Source: a virus | DNA length: 64,000 nucleotides | Reading direction: 5' to 3' (one strand) | IMG/VR virus record: IMGVR_UViG_3300021197_001752 | Location: 64,001-128,000 of that record | Part shown: piece by piece, positions 19,272 to 28,420 of the stretch | How the letters are laid out: each line of letters starts with the position of its first letter | Position numbering within the stretch: position 1 is the first letter of the stretch | The notes under the pieces: model-generated | The model's input: the letters and a program-made list of their open reading frames with translations, nothing else | The model's database searches: none | Told to the model about the DNA's origin: nothing | Position numbers and translations under genes: made by a program

Positions 19272-19690
19272 AATGATCTAACTAGAAGCCACAGCATTCA
19301 TCGGGAAACATATTATTTGAAACTCCCGACTGATTAAAACTAGCAGCATCCTTTGGCACCTCATAAAACTCCATGTCGATCATGAAGGTTTCTAGGGCAT
19401 CCTGAATGGTGGGTGCCCAGATTGTAAAGGTCATACCACGGACTTCGATTTGAAAGCAGTTCATTTGTTATCCTTTCGAGAACGCTTATTACGCATATAC
19501 CGATATTGTTCCCTCTGCAATCTTTGCAGAGTTAATATTCTTTCTTCTTTTATCCTCTTCAACAATTCTCTCTGCTTCTCTGCGTGCTTTGATTTCAGCC
19601 AGGCGATGAACATTATAGTTCCACCAGGCAAAAGCAGGGCTAACAGAATACCAGCCAGTAGAGTAATCGATGGAAACACTCATAACATCC

Positions 19691-20011
19691 TTATACGTCT
19701 TCAAACAAAAATGGCTCACCATCTTCGTCAAACTGGACAATCAAAGAGAAGTCGTTTTCAATAGTTGTTTTAAACATTTTACTTTTCTTTCCGCTTGATT
19801 TTCCATTGTTGAGCCAGTAAACCATGTAACTACATGTTTTTTCACCAGCAAGATTCTCGTTTGTTACGTCATGGGCCTCTGTCACCACACCCCAAAGAGA
19901 AGGATCTTTATAATGTTTTACCCAAGTACCATACGGCAGAGCGTGCTCTGGACGGTCCTCTTTGAGTTTATCGATAATATCACCTAGAATCTCTTTGAAG
20001 TGATCAGACAT
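19691..20011 (-). CDS. Small SH3-like hypothetical protein
   Basis: YGTWV...WGVVTE...YMVYW. Confidence 0.55.
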   Translation of the reverse strand: MSDHFKEILGDIIDKLKEDRPEHALPYGTWVKHYKDPSLWGVVTEAHDVTNENLAGEKTCSYMVYWLNNGKSSGKKSKMFKTTIENDFSLIVQFDEDGEPFLFEDV

Positions 20012-20485
20012 CTACGCCTTCTTTCTGCTTCTTTTGGTAGACCGCTTTTTAGTTGTTGCCTTAGTAGCGGTCTTACTAGCAGTTCTTGTTTTAGTTACAG
20101 TCTTTGCTTTAGGTTCAGTAGTCGTCTTTTTGACAACTGGGGTGGTTGTAACTTCTGTCGTCACCTTAGTAGTCTTAGCAGTCACTGGCGTGGTCGTAGT
20201 GGTCGTCGCAGCAGTCGTTTCAACTTCCACTGGAGTTGCTTTGGCTTTAACTTCTACAGGGGTAGACGTGGTTGTGGCGCTACCACCAAAAAGTGTTTCC
20301 TGAAATACCTTATGGTGTTCTTCCTTATCATAACGTGCTTCTGCATCAGCTTTACGAAGAGCCTTCTTTACCTCAACTTCCGTTAGTACTTTAGCACGCT
20401 CTAGTGGCAGGGTGGGATCATCCTGCATCATTTCCCTCATACGATTTATGAATGCCAATCGTCTTCTTTTTCTTCTCTTAGCCAT
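20012..20485 (-). CDS. Basic Thr/Lys-rich low-complexity protein (histone-like)
   Basis: AAGGAGG RBS; Arg-rich N-terminus, T/K-rich tail; late motif at 20513. Confidence 0.65.
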   Translation of the reverse strand: MAKRRKRRRLAFINRMREMMQDDPTLPLERAKVLTEVEVKKALRKADAEARYDKEEHHKVFQETLFGGSATTTSTPVEVKAKATPVEVETTAATTTTTTPVTAKTTKVTTEVTTTPVVKKTTTEPKAKTVTKTRTASKTATKATTKKRSTKRSRKKA

Positions 20486-20521
20486 TTTATGTAACCTCCT
20501 TATTGGTTTTATTAAATAGTT

Positions 20522-20713
20522 CTAATCAATAATCACGCCACCAGTCATGTCTTCGTTCATATCAATAATACAAATGCCACGATCAGAACCTGTAGGTGCT
20601 GTGGTAGACTCTTCATATATTTCATTATGCTGTGGTACTGGTAACTCTAATTCCTGTTCTTTGTAACGTTCCTTACGGCGTCGTTTGTCGGGCAAGTATG
20701 GATAAATTTTCAT
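20522..20713 (-). CDS. Hypothetical protein
   Basis: GAGGA RBS. Confidence 0.55.
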   Translation of the reverse strand: MKIYPYLPDKRRRKERYKEQELELPVPQHNEIYEESTTAPTGSDRGICIIDMNEDMTGGVIID

Positions 20714-20763
20714 GATGGAATATCCTCATGTTAAAGTTTATGACCCCTTATAATAGTTATACC

Positions 20764-21183
20764 TTAAAAATCATTATTGTCAAGAGAATAAAAACTTTGA
20801 TATGTCACAGATGACTCATGTTTAGTATTTCTTTTATACCAGCCAGTGCTCTGAACATAATAATCACCACGACCTAAAGCCTGACCATACTGACCACAGC
20901 AGAACTTGATAGTGACTTCATAGTTATGTTTTTCAGACATCCTCTCATTGATCAGGTCAAGTTGCAAATTGGTTCCCGCTAAATTTTTTAGATAGTCATA
21001 TTCAAATCGCATAGCCGCAAAATGATTCATACCGCTTTGTGCAGCCATCGCCGCTTGGTTATGCCTACGTTTATTACCAGCGATCATCATTTCTAAATTG
21101 GTGGATTGGAAAAGCATGATTGCTAATCCAGTAAGCAGCATACCCATAGTAACAGCTACAATTAGTGCGAACCCTTTCCTCAA
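20764..21183 (-). CDS. PilX-like minor pilin / pilus assembly protein
   Basis: MRKG|FALIVAV hydrophobic helix followed by STNLEMMIAGN...QAAMAAQSG. Confidence 0.7.
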   Translation of the reverse strand: MRKGFALIVAVTMGMLLTGLAIMLFQSTNLEMMIAGNKRRHNQAAMAAQSGMNHFAAMRFEYDYLKNLAGTNLQLDLINERMSEKHNYEVTIKFCCGQYGQALGRGDYYVQSTGWYKRNTKHESSVTYQSFYSLDNNDF

Positions 21184-21536
21184 TATACTACCCTAATATT
21201 CCTAGGCATCGATCGGTTCGGCGGAGGGGCTACTCCACCTGCCTCAACCCAGTTGCGGGGCAGCGCCAGATTTTGTGCAACCCAAGCAGCAGTTGCTTCC
21301 TTACACCGCTCCCTAGCCTGCCGAGTGAAAGCCCTCTCTAGACAGTTGCGCTCTTCTGTCATCACTCTATTACAAAAGCAAGCTACACGTTGCAGTAGCT
21401 CATCCTCTTGTGAAAGGTTGACGCCCGCAGGTAACGGGGTCTCACTACCAGGCAGAACTCGTGGGCAATCGATTTGCGGGCTAGCAAGTAAAATATTAAT
21501 TATCAATAAAGTCATCATAATACTCCGAGTAGTCAT
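21180..21536 (-). CDS. Putative secreted Cys-containing protein
   Basis: Hydrophobic N-terminal signal; several Cys. Confidence 0.5.
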   Translation of the reverse strand: MTTRSIMMTLLIINILLASPQIDCPRVLPGSETPLPAGVNLSQEDELLQRVACFCNRVMTEERNCLERAFTRQARERCKEATAAWVAQNLALPRNWVEAGGVAPPPNRSMPRNIRVVY

Positions 21537-21753
21537 CGACAATCACTTTGATCGAGCCCTCAAGATTTCCAGTGCCGAGGTACCACTCAAGGTTGTACTC
21601 AGTCAGCACGTCCAATACAATATCTCGCATGGCGCTACTATGACCAGTGACGACCTCAAGAATACTCGCTCGCCGCAGATTTTTTTCGATAAAGCTCGCC
21701 GTTAAATTTTTTGCCTCATCATGAGGTGCGCCATGTAAGTCTAGCTTGTTCAC
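21496..21753 (-). CDS. Stand-alone Smr/MutS2-domain protein
   Basis: LDLHG...EA...F...LEVVTGHS...N.GSI.V. Confidence 0.85.
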   Translation of the reverse strand: MNKLDLHGAPHDEAKNLTASFIEKNLRRASILEVVTGHSSAMRDIVLDVLTEYNLEWYLGTGNLEGSIKVIVDDYSEYYDDFIDN

Positions 21754-21886
21754 TAGTTCTTCTCCTTTTTGTTTGGCAGTCCAAAGAAAGCCGATGCAAT
21801 AACAAATGTAATTACCGTACTAAAACCAACCCAGGCTATAAATGCAAATAGTCCCATTACAATCGATTCAGTCATATAGTTCTCTC

Positions 21887-22135
21887 CTAACTTGATGATA
21901 CCACAATTAGTTCATTATGATAATGATATTTTTTAAAATCATCAAGATCGCTAGCGGGCGCTAAAACATAACAAAATGTATAATGCTCTGCCCTATGGTC
22001 ATTTAGTTCGTACGGGCTCATAGGCTCCAAACCTACCACAATATAAAGGTCTTCTTGTTCATCAAAGTCGGCGTAGTGCTTAATGCGAACCAGAGAGCCG
22101 AGTGGTATTTTCTTTATTCTTGGAGACAATCTCAT
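21887..22135 (-). CDS. Small KOW/SH3-like protein
   Basis: IPLGSLV...LYIVV...ELIVVS; GAGGA RBS before ATG 22135. Confidence 0.55.
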   Translation of the reverse strand: MRLSPRIKKIPLGSLVRIKHYADFDEQEDLYIVVGLEPMSPYELNDHRAEHYTFCYVLAPASDLDDFKKYHYHNELIVVSSS

Positions 22136-22529
22136 ATTCCTCAGGGAAGATCCACCACTTAGGTCCTTTGGGCAGCCAGTGCACATGTACATTAAATGAT
22201 GACATGTCCACTACGATCCCCAGGGTACCCCTTTCGATACTAACGCTTGACCCGCCGTAAATTTCATCCAGCATGTCGGCGTAAATTTTTGGTGAACTCG
22301 TGCCGATGCCTTGCTTCCCAGCACTACTGCACCCTGGCCCAGAACCATAAGAAGCTTCATAACCGTCCATCGTAAACGCAGGTCCATAAATAACAAACTT
22401 TGATTCCACCAAATCGCCAATAGAAGTTTCCGTAATTTTTTTTATAAGCCGCTGTCTTAAAGGCGGCGCAAGTTTTTCGTAGGCTAGCTGCGCCCTAAGG
22501 GCGTCTGATCCGCTGTGGTTTCCTTCCAT
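22080..22529 (-). CDS. KOW/SH3-like hypothetical protein (start uncertain)
   Basis: IGDLV...GTLGIVV...VHW...EYEIVS. Confidence 0.5.
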   Translation of the reverse strand: MEGNHSGSDALRAQLAYEKLAPPLRQRLIKKITETSIGDLVESKFVIYGPAFTMDGYEASYGSGPGCSSAGKQGIGTSSPKIYADMLDEIYGGSSVSIERGTLGIVVDMSSFNVHVHWLPKGPKWWIFPEEYEIVSKNKENTTRLSGSH

Positions 22530-22692
22530 ATAGTAGGTAGGCTACCGCAGACTCCTTGGTCACTTCTTTTTTTCTTATAGTTTCCGCTTAAATGGCTAGC
22601 TTTGGTAAACAACATGCTTTACAGACACATAGGTAGGGCTACCGTAGGCTAAAGGTTTTTTTATTGCAGAAACGCAAAAAGTGTTTTCAAGT

Positions 22693-22908
22693 TTAAGGCG
22701 CAGTCGAGAACAATATAAAGTCGTCCTCGTGATAAAGCATTGCCTCCGTATTGCCGTAGTGCGATGGGTGTGCATTATGTACGTACACAAAGCCCCCTTT
22801 GTGCTGCCTTACGACAATGTAGAGATTACCCCCAACACCACCCAGTAGATGATTAGGCGGAAACTTTACAAGGTCACCTATTTTGAACTTGTCGCCTTGA
22901 GCGGGCAC
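22693..22908 (-). CDS. Small KOW/SH3-like protein
   Basis: KFKIGDLV...LYIVV. Confidence 0.6.
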   Translation of the reverse strand: MPAQGDKFKIGDLVKFPPNHLLGGVGGNLYIVVRQHKGGFVYVHNAHPSHYGNTEAMLYHEDDFILFSTAP

Positions 22909-23257
22909 TGGCTAGTCTCCTTAGATCTTCCCACATGGCTTCTTCAGTGGGATCACTTGCATCGTAGTCCTTAAGGACAACATTTTTTTTCCTAAGGACC
23001 CCAAGCGTAAACTGGATTTTTGGTAGGGACTCTACTGGAATAGGGGAATCCTCCTCGTGCGCAAGGCGGCAGGTCCCGCCACCCATGGCTTCATACGACG
23101 CCTTGAACTGCTCAACGCTGTCACACGCTTGCCAAAGCTGGATGAAACTCTCATGGGTCAGCTTAGCTAAGTAAAAGTAATGCTCTTCCCCGATTTTTGC
23201 TACATGCTTGTAGTCCCAACCAGGGTTCTCTAAAGTTACAATATTCTCTTGGCTCAT
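22874..23257 (-). CDS. Hypothetical protein
   Basis: AGGAGG RBS; ATGA overlap. Confidence 0.6.
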   Translation of the reverse strand: MSQENIVTLENPGWDYKHVAKIGEEHYFYLAKLTHESFIQLWQACDSVEQFKASYEAMGGGTCRLAHEEDSPIPVESLPKIQFTLGVLRKKNVVLKDYDASDPTEEAMWEDLRRLASARSRRQVQNR

Positions 23258-23454
23258 TTAGCCTCCTTTAAATCATGTTGATAATACCAAAGCTTCTTAC
23301 CTCGGTCTGGTCCTTTGAACCAGTCCACTTTGTACTGCGGTAGTGCGCCTGGTTCTTTAAGTTCATTTACAATCAAACCTAAAGTCGATGAGACGACTTG
23401 GCCGCTATGGAGCCCACCACGGATTGCTTGTTGTACTAAGGAACCGATGCCCAT
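23254..23454 (-). CDS. Small KOW/SH3-like protein
   Basis: IGSLV...LGLIV...YKVDW...DLK. Confidence 0.55.
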   Translation of the reverse strand: MGIGSLVQQAIRGGLHSGQVVSSTLGLIVNELKEPGALPQYKVDWFKGPDRGKKLWYYQHDLKEAK

Positions 23455-23456
23455 TC

Positions 23457-23654
23457 TTAGCTCACCAATTTTAAGTCTGTTAGCATACAATATTCTCTAC
23501 CCCCGCCATTTAGCAGCACCGTGCAAATGTACTTGCCGATGTTGCCTTCCCAAGCCATCGGTTGAATCACTTCTACAATGCCCACTAGATCTGGTACATC
23601 GCCTGCCTCCTGGGGTACGCATATTTGCACCATGCTGCCCAACTGGATATTCAT
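23457..23654 (-). CDS. Small KOW/SH3-like protein
   Basis: IQLGSMV...VGIV...DLKLVS. Confidence 0.55.
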   Translation of the reverse strand: MNIQLGSMVQICVPQEAGDVPDLVGIVEVIQPMAWEGNIGKYICTVLLNGGGREYCMLTDLKLVS

Positions 23655-23818
23655 TCCTCAATGGTGCCTTCCTTGAGCATTAGATAAGCTCGTCGCCCAT
23701 AGTGCCCTTGAAGTTCCCACACGATGCCTGTCTCATAAAGCTCTTGGTACAACTCAACCACTTGGCTGTCGTCAAGAGCGTTTTTCTCATAGGCGCTAAT
23801 CTTCTCTGCTAAGTCCAT
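23651..23818 (-). CDS. Small phage protein, 55 aa (not in ORF track)
   Basis: Hand translation MDLAEKISAYE...LYQELYETGIVWELQGHYGRRA; AAGGAGG RBS; ATGA overlap. Confidence 0.7.
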   Translation of the reverse strand: MDLAEKISAYEKNALDDSQVVELYQELYETGIVWELQGHYGRRAYLMLKEGTIEE

Positions 23819-24009
23819 GGTAGCCTCCTTATTGTAAGGTATCCGATTTTATAATACTTTTCTCTATTAGTTCAGCCTTTTCTTCTAACAAAACCACTCT
23901 TTCTTTAATATCGGTTGTCAGAGAGTACAGGGCTGTTACTGCACGTTCTAATGTTAGGAACGCTCTTACGAATTGTTCTAGTTCTAAGTTAGTCAATTTA
24001 TTCTTTTCC

Positions 24010-24200
24010 AAAAAAGTCTCATTTTTTTAATTTACAATTTTTCAAGTTTTCTAAATTCTACAGAAATTTCATACACATCGTTAATGTCCTTAGGCGGCTT
24101 ATATACCCTCCCTGCCCCCTAGGGACATACTTCCCGTAGGGAGAGGGCCCATGGGTACCCCAGGGGGGTGGGGGCCCCTAGTGTATCACAGTTGGCTACA
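24010..24200. other. Non-coding element: phased T-tracts followed by extreme G/C-run palindromic segment
   Basis: Directly visible composition anomaly; function inferred only. Confidence 0.55.
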
Positions 24201-24451
24201 GCAGGCTGTCAGGCGTTGCCTAGCCTATGCCAGGTGGGCAGTCTGCTGAACTCATTGTGTGTAGGGTATTCCCAGTAGGCATCGTTAGCCATTAGGTAAC
24301 CGTAGGCTTTGTCAATGTCCTCTGGTATACTACTCCACCAGTGTTCGGTCACTAGGATACTATCCTCTAGGTTAATAATGTTTACTCTCTGCCGCCCGAA
24401 GGGTGAATGCATAGCGTCAAACTCCTGTCGCTTTTTTTCAAGGGGTGTCAA

Positions 24452-25690
24452 TTAGTCTACAGCGATCACTCGCTCATTGGTTTGGAAGTAGGGACGGCTA
24501 GCACCACGGCTGTCCGTTAGCCACAGGCGTTGCGCCTTGCAGGCTTTAGGCTTGGGTGCCTCCATGTCCGTAAGGATAATGATACCATCCACGCTGTTGT
24601 TGTTAGCCCAGTCGGTAGGAGCATCGAAGCAGGTACCGCCACACATAACACGCTCAGCCTTTTGGCTCTTGCCCTTCTTCCAGACGTAGACCTTATCAGC
24701 ATCGACCTGGGTATCGAAGGGTACCACGGTAAACTCAGCGAGCTTAGCCAGGTTATTCAACTCAGCGAAGAAGGCTTCTAGCATCTCATCACTGACACTA
24801 CCAGACTGGTCAATGGCAATAGCAATCTTAGCTTGCCGCCGTACCTTCTTGCCTGGGTGGATGTAGGGGTAACGCTTATCAATACGCTTTACCGTGCTGC
24901 TCTTGCTGGCACGCTGGCTGGTCTTGATGAAGTACCTGAGTACCTTGCGCCAGTCTACCTTGGTCTCAAGGCGCTTCATGATCTCTTTGCGTACCCCACC
25001 TGACACTGAGCCCCAGCCACTGGAAGACTGAGCAGCCTCTTGCGCAGCTTCCTTGATGGCGTTCTTGAGTCGCTCCTTAGCCATCTGGGCTACCTCACTA
25101 CTGGCAGCTTCTTCCCAGCCAGAGTGATCATCAAAGTTACCAGGGCTTCCAGAGCCATTACTATTATTTTCTTCTTGCCCGCCAGAGTCGTCACCGCCAG
25201 ATGACTCACCCTCACCGTCGCCCTCTCCATCACCGTCTTGGCTCTCGCCCTCACCCTCGGACTCTTGGTCTTCAGGCATGTTGGCTAAGTACCACTCAGC
25301 AGACTCACCCTTGGGCATGTCTTCAAAGGGAGCGACACCAGGCATACAGCAGTTGTCAGGTAGCTCACCAACCAAGTGGCTATTGATAGCCAGGTCAGCA
25401 GCGATGTTCCACTTCTGATGAGGGACACCTTCAGGCTTACGGCTGGTAACATGATCAAAGATCAAGTGGTAGAACTCATGTTTGAGTACCCCAGCTTTCT
25501 CTACATCACTCAGGCTTTCAAAGAAGTCTGGGTTGTAAGCCATCTCAAAGTGACCATTCTCTGGATTGACTCTGACACCCGCAGTAGGGATACCATAGTT
25601 TTCCTTCTTTTCAATCTTACGACTTAGTGCAGCAAAGAAAGGCTCTTTGAGCAGCAAGCGATAAGCATGTAGTCTTAGATCAAAACTCAT
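24452..25690 (-). CDS. vWA-domain protein with N-terminal HExxH metallopeptidase (DUF2201-like)
   Basis: LKHEFYH, NIAADLAIN, MIDAS DQSGS, GGT.F, LTD. Confidence 0.9.
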   Translation of the reverse strand: MSFDLRLHAYRLLLKEPFFAALSRKIEKKENYGIPTAGVRVNPENGHFEMAYNPDFFESLSDVEKAGVLKHEFYHLIFDHVTSRKPEGVPHQKWNIAADLAINSHLVGELPDNCCMPGVAPFEDMPKGESAEWYLANMPEDQESEGEGESQDGDGEGDGEGESSGGDDSGGQEENNSNGSGSPGNFDDHSGWEEAASSEVAQMAKERLKNAIKEAAQEAAQSSSGWGSVSGGVRKEIMKRLETKVDWRKVLRYFIKTSQRASKSSTVKRIDKRYPYIHPGKKVRRQAKIAIAIDQSGSVSDEMLEAFFAELNNLAKLAEFTVVPFDTQVDADKVYVWKKGKSQKAERVMCGGTCFDAPTDWANNNSVDGIIILTDMEAPKPKACKAQRLWLTDSRGASRPYFQTNERVIAVD

Positions 25691-25695
25691 TTCAT

Positions 25696-25740
25696 CTCTT
25701 CCTTACAATTTATAGTACCACACTATGGCTACCTGTCAAG
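25696..25740 (-). promoter_or_regulatory. Early-type promoter/RBS cassette 3
   Basis: TTGACA-N16-TACTAT-AAATTGTAAGGAAGAG. Confidence 0.85.
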
Positions 25741-25772
25741 TAAACTACTATATTTATTTGCCCTTTAAAAGC

Positions 25773-25798
25773 AAAAGCCCACCATTACTTCGGTGGGC
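25773..25798 (-). terminator. Intrinsic terminator after AAA+ gene
   Basis: GCCCACC...GGTGGGC followed by TTTT. Confidence 0.7.
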
Positions 25799-25841
25799 CC
25801 TGCCGATCTCAAGGGAACCTTAGTTTGTGTAAGGTAGAGAA

Positions 25842-26894
25842 TCAGGCTCCCAAGATCTTTGCCAGGTACCCAGCGACGGAATCACCGCCAGCAAGCTCAG
25901 CAGCATGAAACAGCTTCACTTTGGGTTGTGGCATCCGAGCGACAACTTGCCACAGCTTCATGGCAGCTTCGCTAGGAAGGGTAACGAAGTACTTAGCCAG
26001 GTTCACAACCTGTTCTTCACTAAGGTCTTCTTCATTGAGTTTTCCAGAAGCGTCAAGCTTCTCAATCAAAGCACAGTTATCATTCAAGGAGAACCCAGCA
26101 AGGGCTTCCGAACGCTCACCGTTGAGCAACTGATCAACCGTAACCTGCCGCTCGTAGTTGGCAGCGAAGTCGTTGAAGGAAACAGCAGCTTCAAAGCCCA
26201 CGAAGGACTGAGCAAGGGCGAACATCTGGGGACCTGGGGACTCCAGAAGCTCAGCTTTAGCCAGCACTTGGTTCAACCGATCCCAGCTACGACGGCTAGG
26301 GTACCGCTTGTTAGGCTCGATGTCACCATTATGCTCAAGGTGATCACGATTCTGGTTGATGAAGTCCCAAACCAGGGAGTCAACATTGTCTTTTGCCCAA
26401 GACAACCAGTCCTCTACCGTGGGCTCAATGTCCCAAACCGACCAACGGTCAAGTTCAGCAGGGTCCATCTCATTGACTTGGTACTGCTCACCGTGCTCAC
26501 CGCCATTGATGGCAGCAAATACGATCGTATCAGCATGAAGGTAGTGCCCGTTGAGCTTTCGGCTGTCCGTCAACTCAAAGATACCCTGGCGAACTTCCAA
26601 GGTGGCACGGTCAACTTCGTCCAAGAAGAGAACAACGGGCTCTTCACAAGCCTGCTTGAACCAATCTGGGGGATTGAAGCTGGTACGGTTGCCTTCAATG
26701 CTAGGCAAGCCAACCAAGTCACCCTCGGTCATCTGGCTGGCACGACGCTCCACTACTGGAAGCTCCATGCCCTTAGCAATCTGGTAAACAACTTGGCTCT
26801 TACCCACACCGTGGCGACCACGAAGCAGGACAGGCAGGCGAGCGGCAGATACCGCAGGCGCTAAGTTCACAAAGGTTTTGAAGTCTACACTCAT
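25842..26894 (-). CDS. MoxR-like AAA+ ATPase
   Basis: Walker A GRHGVGKS, DLVGLP, Walker B LFLDEVDR, AAIN, DPAELDRW, PSRRSW. Confidence 0.92.
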   Translation of the reverse strand: MSVDFKTFVNLAPAVSAARLPVLLRGRHGVGKSQVVYQIAKGMELPVVERRASQMTEGDLVGLPSIEGNRTSFNPPDWFKQACEEPVVLFLDEVDRATLEVRQGIFELTDSRKLNGHYLHADTIVFAAINGGEHGEQYQVNEMDPAELDRWSVWDIEPTVEDWLSWAKDNVDSLVWDFINQNRDHLEHNGDIEPNKRYPSRRSWDRLNQVLAKAELLESPGPQMFALAQSFVGFEAAVSFNDFAANYERQVTVDQLLNGERSEALAGFSLNDNCALIEKLDASGKLNEEDLSEEQVVNLAKYFVTLPSEAAMKLWQVVARMPQPKVKLFHAAELAGGDSVAGYLAKILGA

Positions 26895-26899
26895 ATCAA

Positions 26900-26950
26900 T
26901 CTCTCTCCCTTACATCTTATAGTACCATGTATACGCTGGGAGTCAAGGAA
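26900..26950 (-). promoter_or_regulatory. Early-type promoter/RBS cassette 4
   Basis: TTCCTTGACT-N16-TACTAT-AAGATGTAAGGGAGAG. Confidence 0.85.
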
Positions 26951-27132
26951 ACTGCTAAACTTTTTTCACTTTATTTCTCCCTGCGAAAACTGTTTAACAA
27001 CCATTAGTATATGGTGTATAATGAGAGTTTATTCCCCTTAGCCTGCTAAATAATCCGCTTGACGCCTTTACATCATCTATGTATTAGGTCCCTCCGCACT
27101 TCAAGGCAGACCAGACATTGGTGTCATACCAC

Positions 27133-27284
27133 TGCCTATTTTATAATCAAAACCTTATTTTTGCACAATTAATAAGCAAACCTCCTGCATAAAAAGTAGG
27201 CACCCCTATGACTTTGCTGTCAACTTGAAAAAAAGCGCCCATTTATTGTCACTCCTAAACACAACTATGCACAAATATTAGGCA
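27133..27284. repeat. Cluster of four 17-bp TGC-N11-GCA boxes in a non-coding region
   Basis: 27162 TGCACAATTAATAAGCA, 27186 TGCATAAAAAGTAGGCA, 27268 TGCACAAATATTAGGCA, inverted degenerate copy at 27133 TGCCTATTTTATAATCA. Confidence 0.6.
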
Positions 27285-27292
27285 AAGCTTCT

Positions 27293-27700
27293 TTAAACAC
27301 GAGAGGCCTCAACGGCGGCGACCCTGGCGGCTCTTCTTCTCTTGTTCCGTCGTATCCTCAATTGGCTAATCGACACATCGGTCACTCCGTACTCACCCTT
27401 GGCAGCAAGTCCTTCTCTGCCATGCCACATTCGGCTGAAAGCACTACCACTGTACTCATTACCTACTTCATCATAAAAGCCTAACTTATATAACTCTCTT
27501 GTAACATGACTATAGAAGTTTCTGTGTGTAGTAATCAACTTAACCCAACCTTCGATATCCTCCATAGAAGCAAACCAGTTACCTGGGGTTCTCCATTCTG
27601 TCTCTCCATTAGGATCATCTATGTTCTTCTGGATGTACTCATCTGCAATCCTATAGATGTGTTCAATCATTTCTTCACTAGGGTCTTCTAATTCAAACAT
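27293..27700 (-). CDS. Hypothetical protein
   Basis: 135-aa ORF on the coding strand. Confidence 0.6.
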   Translation of the reverse strand: MFELEDPSEEMIEHIYRIADEYIQKNIDDPNGETEWRTPGNWFASMEDIEGWVKLITTHRNFYSHVTRELYKLGFYDEVGNEYSGSAFSRMWHGREGLAAKGEYGVTDVSISQLRIRRNKRRRAARVAAVEASRV

Positions 27701-27725
27701 TATTATTTGTCGCCCGCTGCTTATA

Positions 27726-27914
27726 TTATAGGATCAAACTTAGCAGCACCAAAAGGCTTAGGATACCTAGCTTCATTTGGGTGCGCTTGTGGTTCTGCTC
27801 TAACAACTCGACCTTGGATTCTGCATTGATTACTCTTGTATACAATCCCTCTACGTCGTTAGCGAAAATAGAGATTGTCTTGTTGAGCTTCTGCTCTATG
27901 TGATAGTTTGCCAT
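27726..27914 (-). CDS. Small coiled-coil membrane protein
   Basis: C-terminal hydrophobic helix. Confidence 0.5.
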   Translation of the reverse strand: MANYHIEQKLNKTISIFANDVEGLYTRVINAESKVELLEQNHKRTQMKLGILSLLVLLSLIL

Positions 27915-28420
27915 TGTTCTTATGTTCCTTTGCTAGTAGATCTTTGGCTCGAAATAGGAAGCGGGCGCTCTGTTGTACCACTCCTCTTCTGTTTGTTCTT
28001 GTGTGGCTCGTTTGTATAATCTCATATACTCTTTGGTCCAAGACTTGCCTCTGTTGCTCCATCTCTTATGTTCTGCTAGGGCGTCGGTCCATGCTGGGTA
28101 TCTATCATATCGCTTATGCATTAGTGTCTGTCCCTGTCATCATCAAAGCTTTCCATTAGATCTAAGAACCAATCAAAGAACTTATAGAGGTATCTGTTTA
28201 TTACGATGCCTGCTGCAAATGCTACAATCATTGTCGCTACTACTTTTAACGTATACAACTTATAAGTCCTCTAGTATTGATTCTTTTATTTTTGTTACGT
28301 CGCCCAATGTTGCTCCGCCTTGGCTGATAAGCAGGTCGAGTAGAACAAGGGCAGCTTCTGCGCCTGGATGCTCGTCGCTATTCAACTGGTAGCGGATCAA
28401 CCTGATTACCTCTGCTCTCT

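Noticed and set aside
25905-26864. 319-aa plus-strand ORF
   Set aside because: Antisense shadow of the AAA+ ATPase, explained by codon bias
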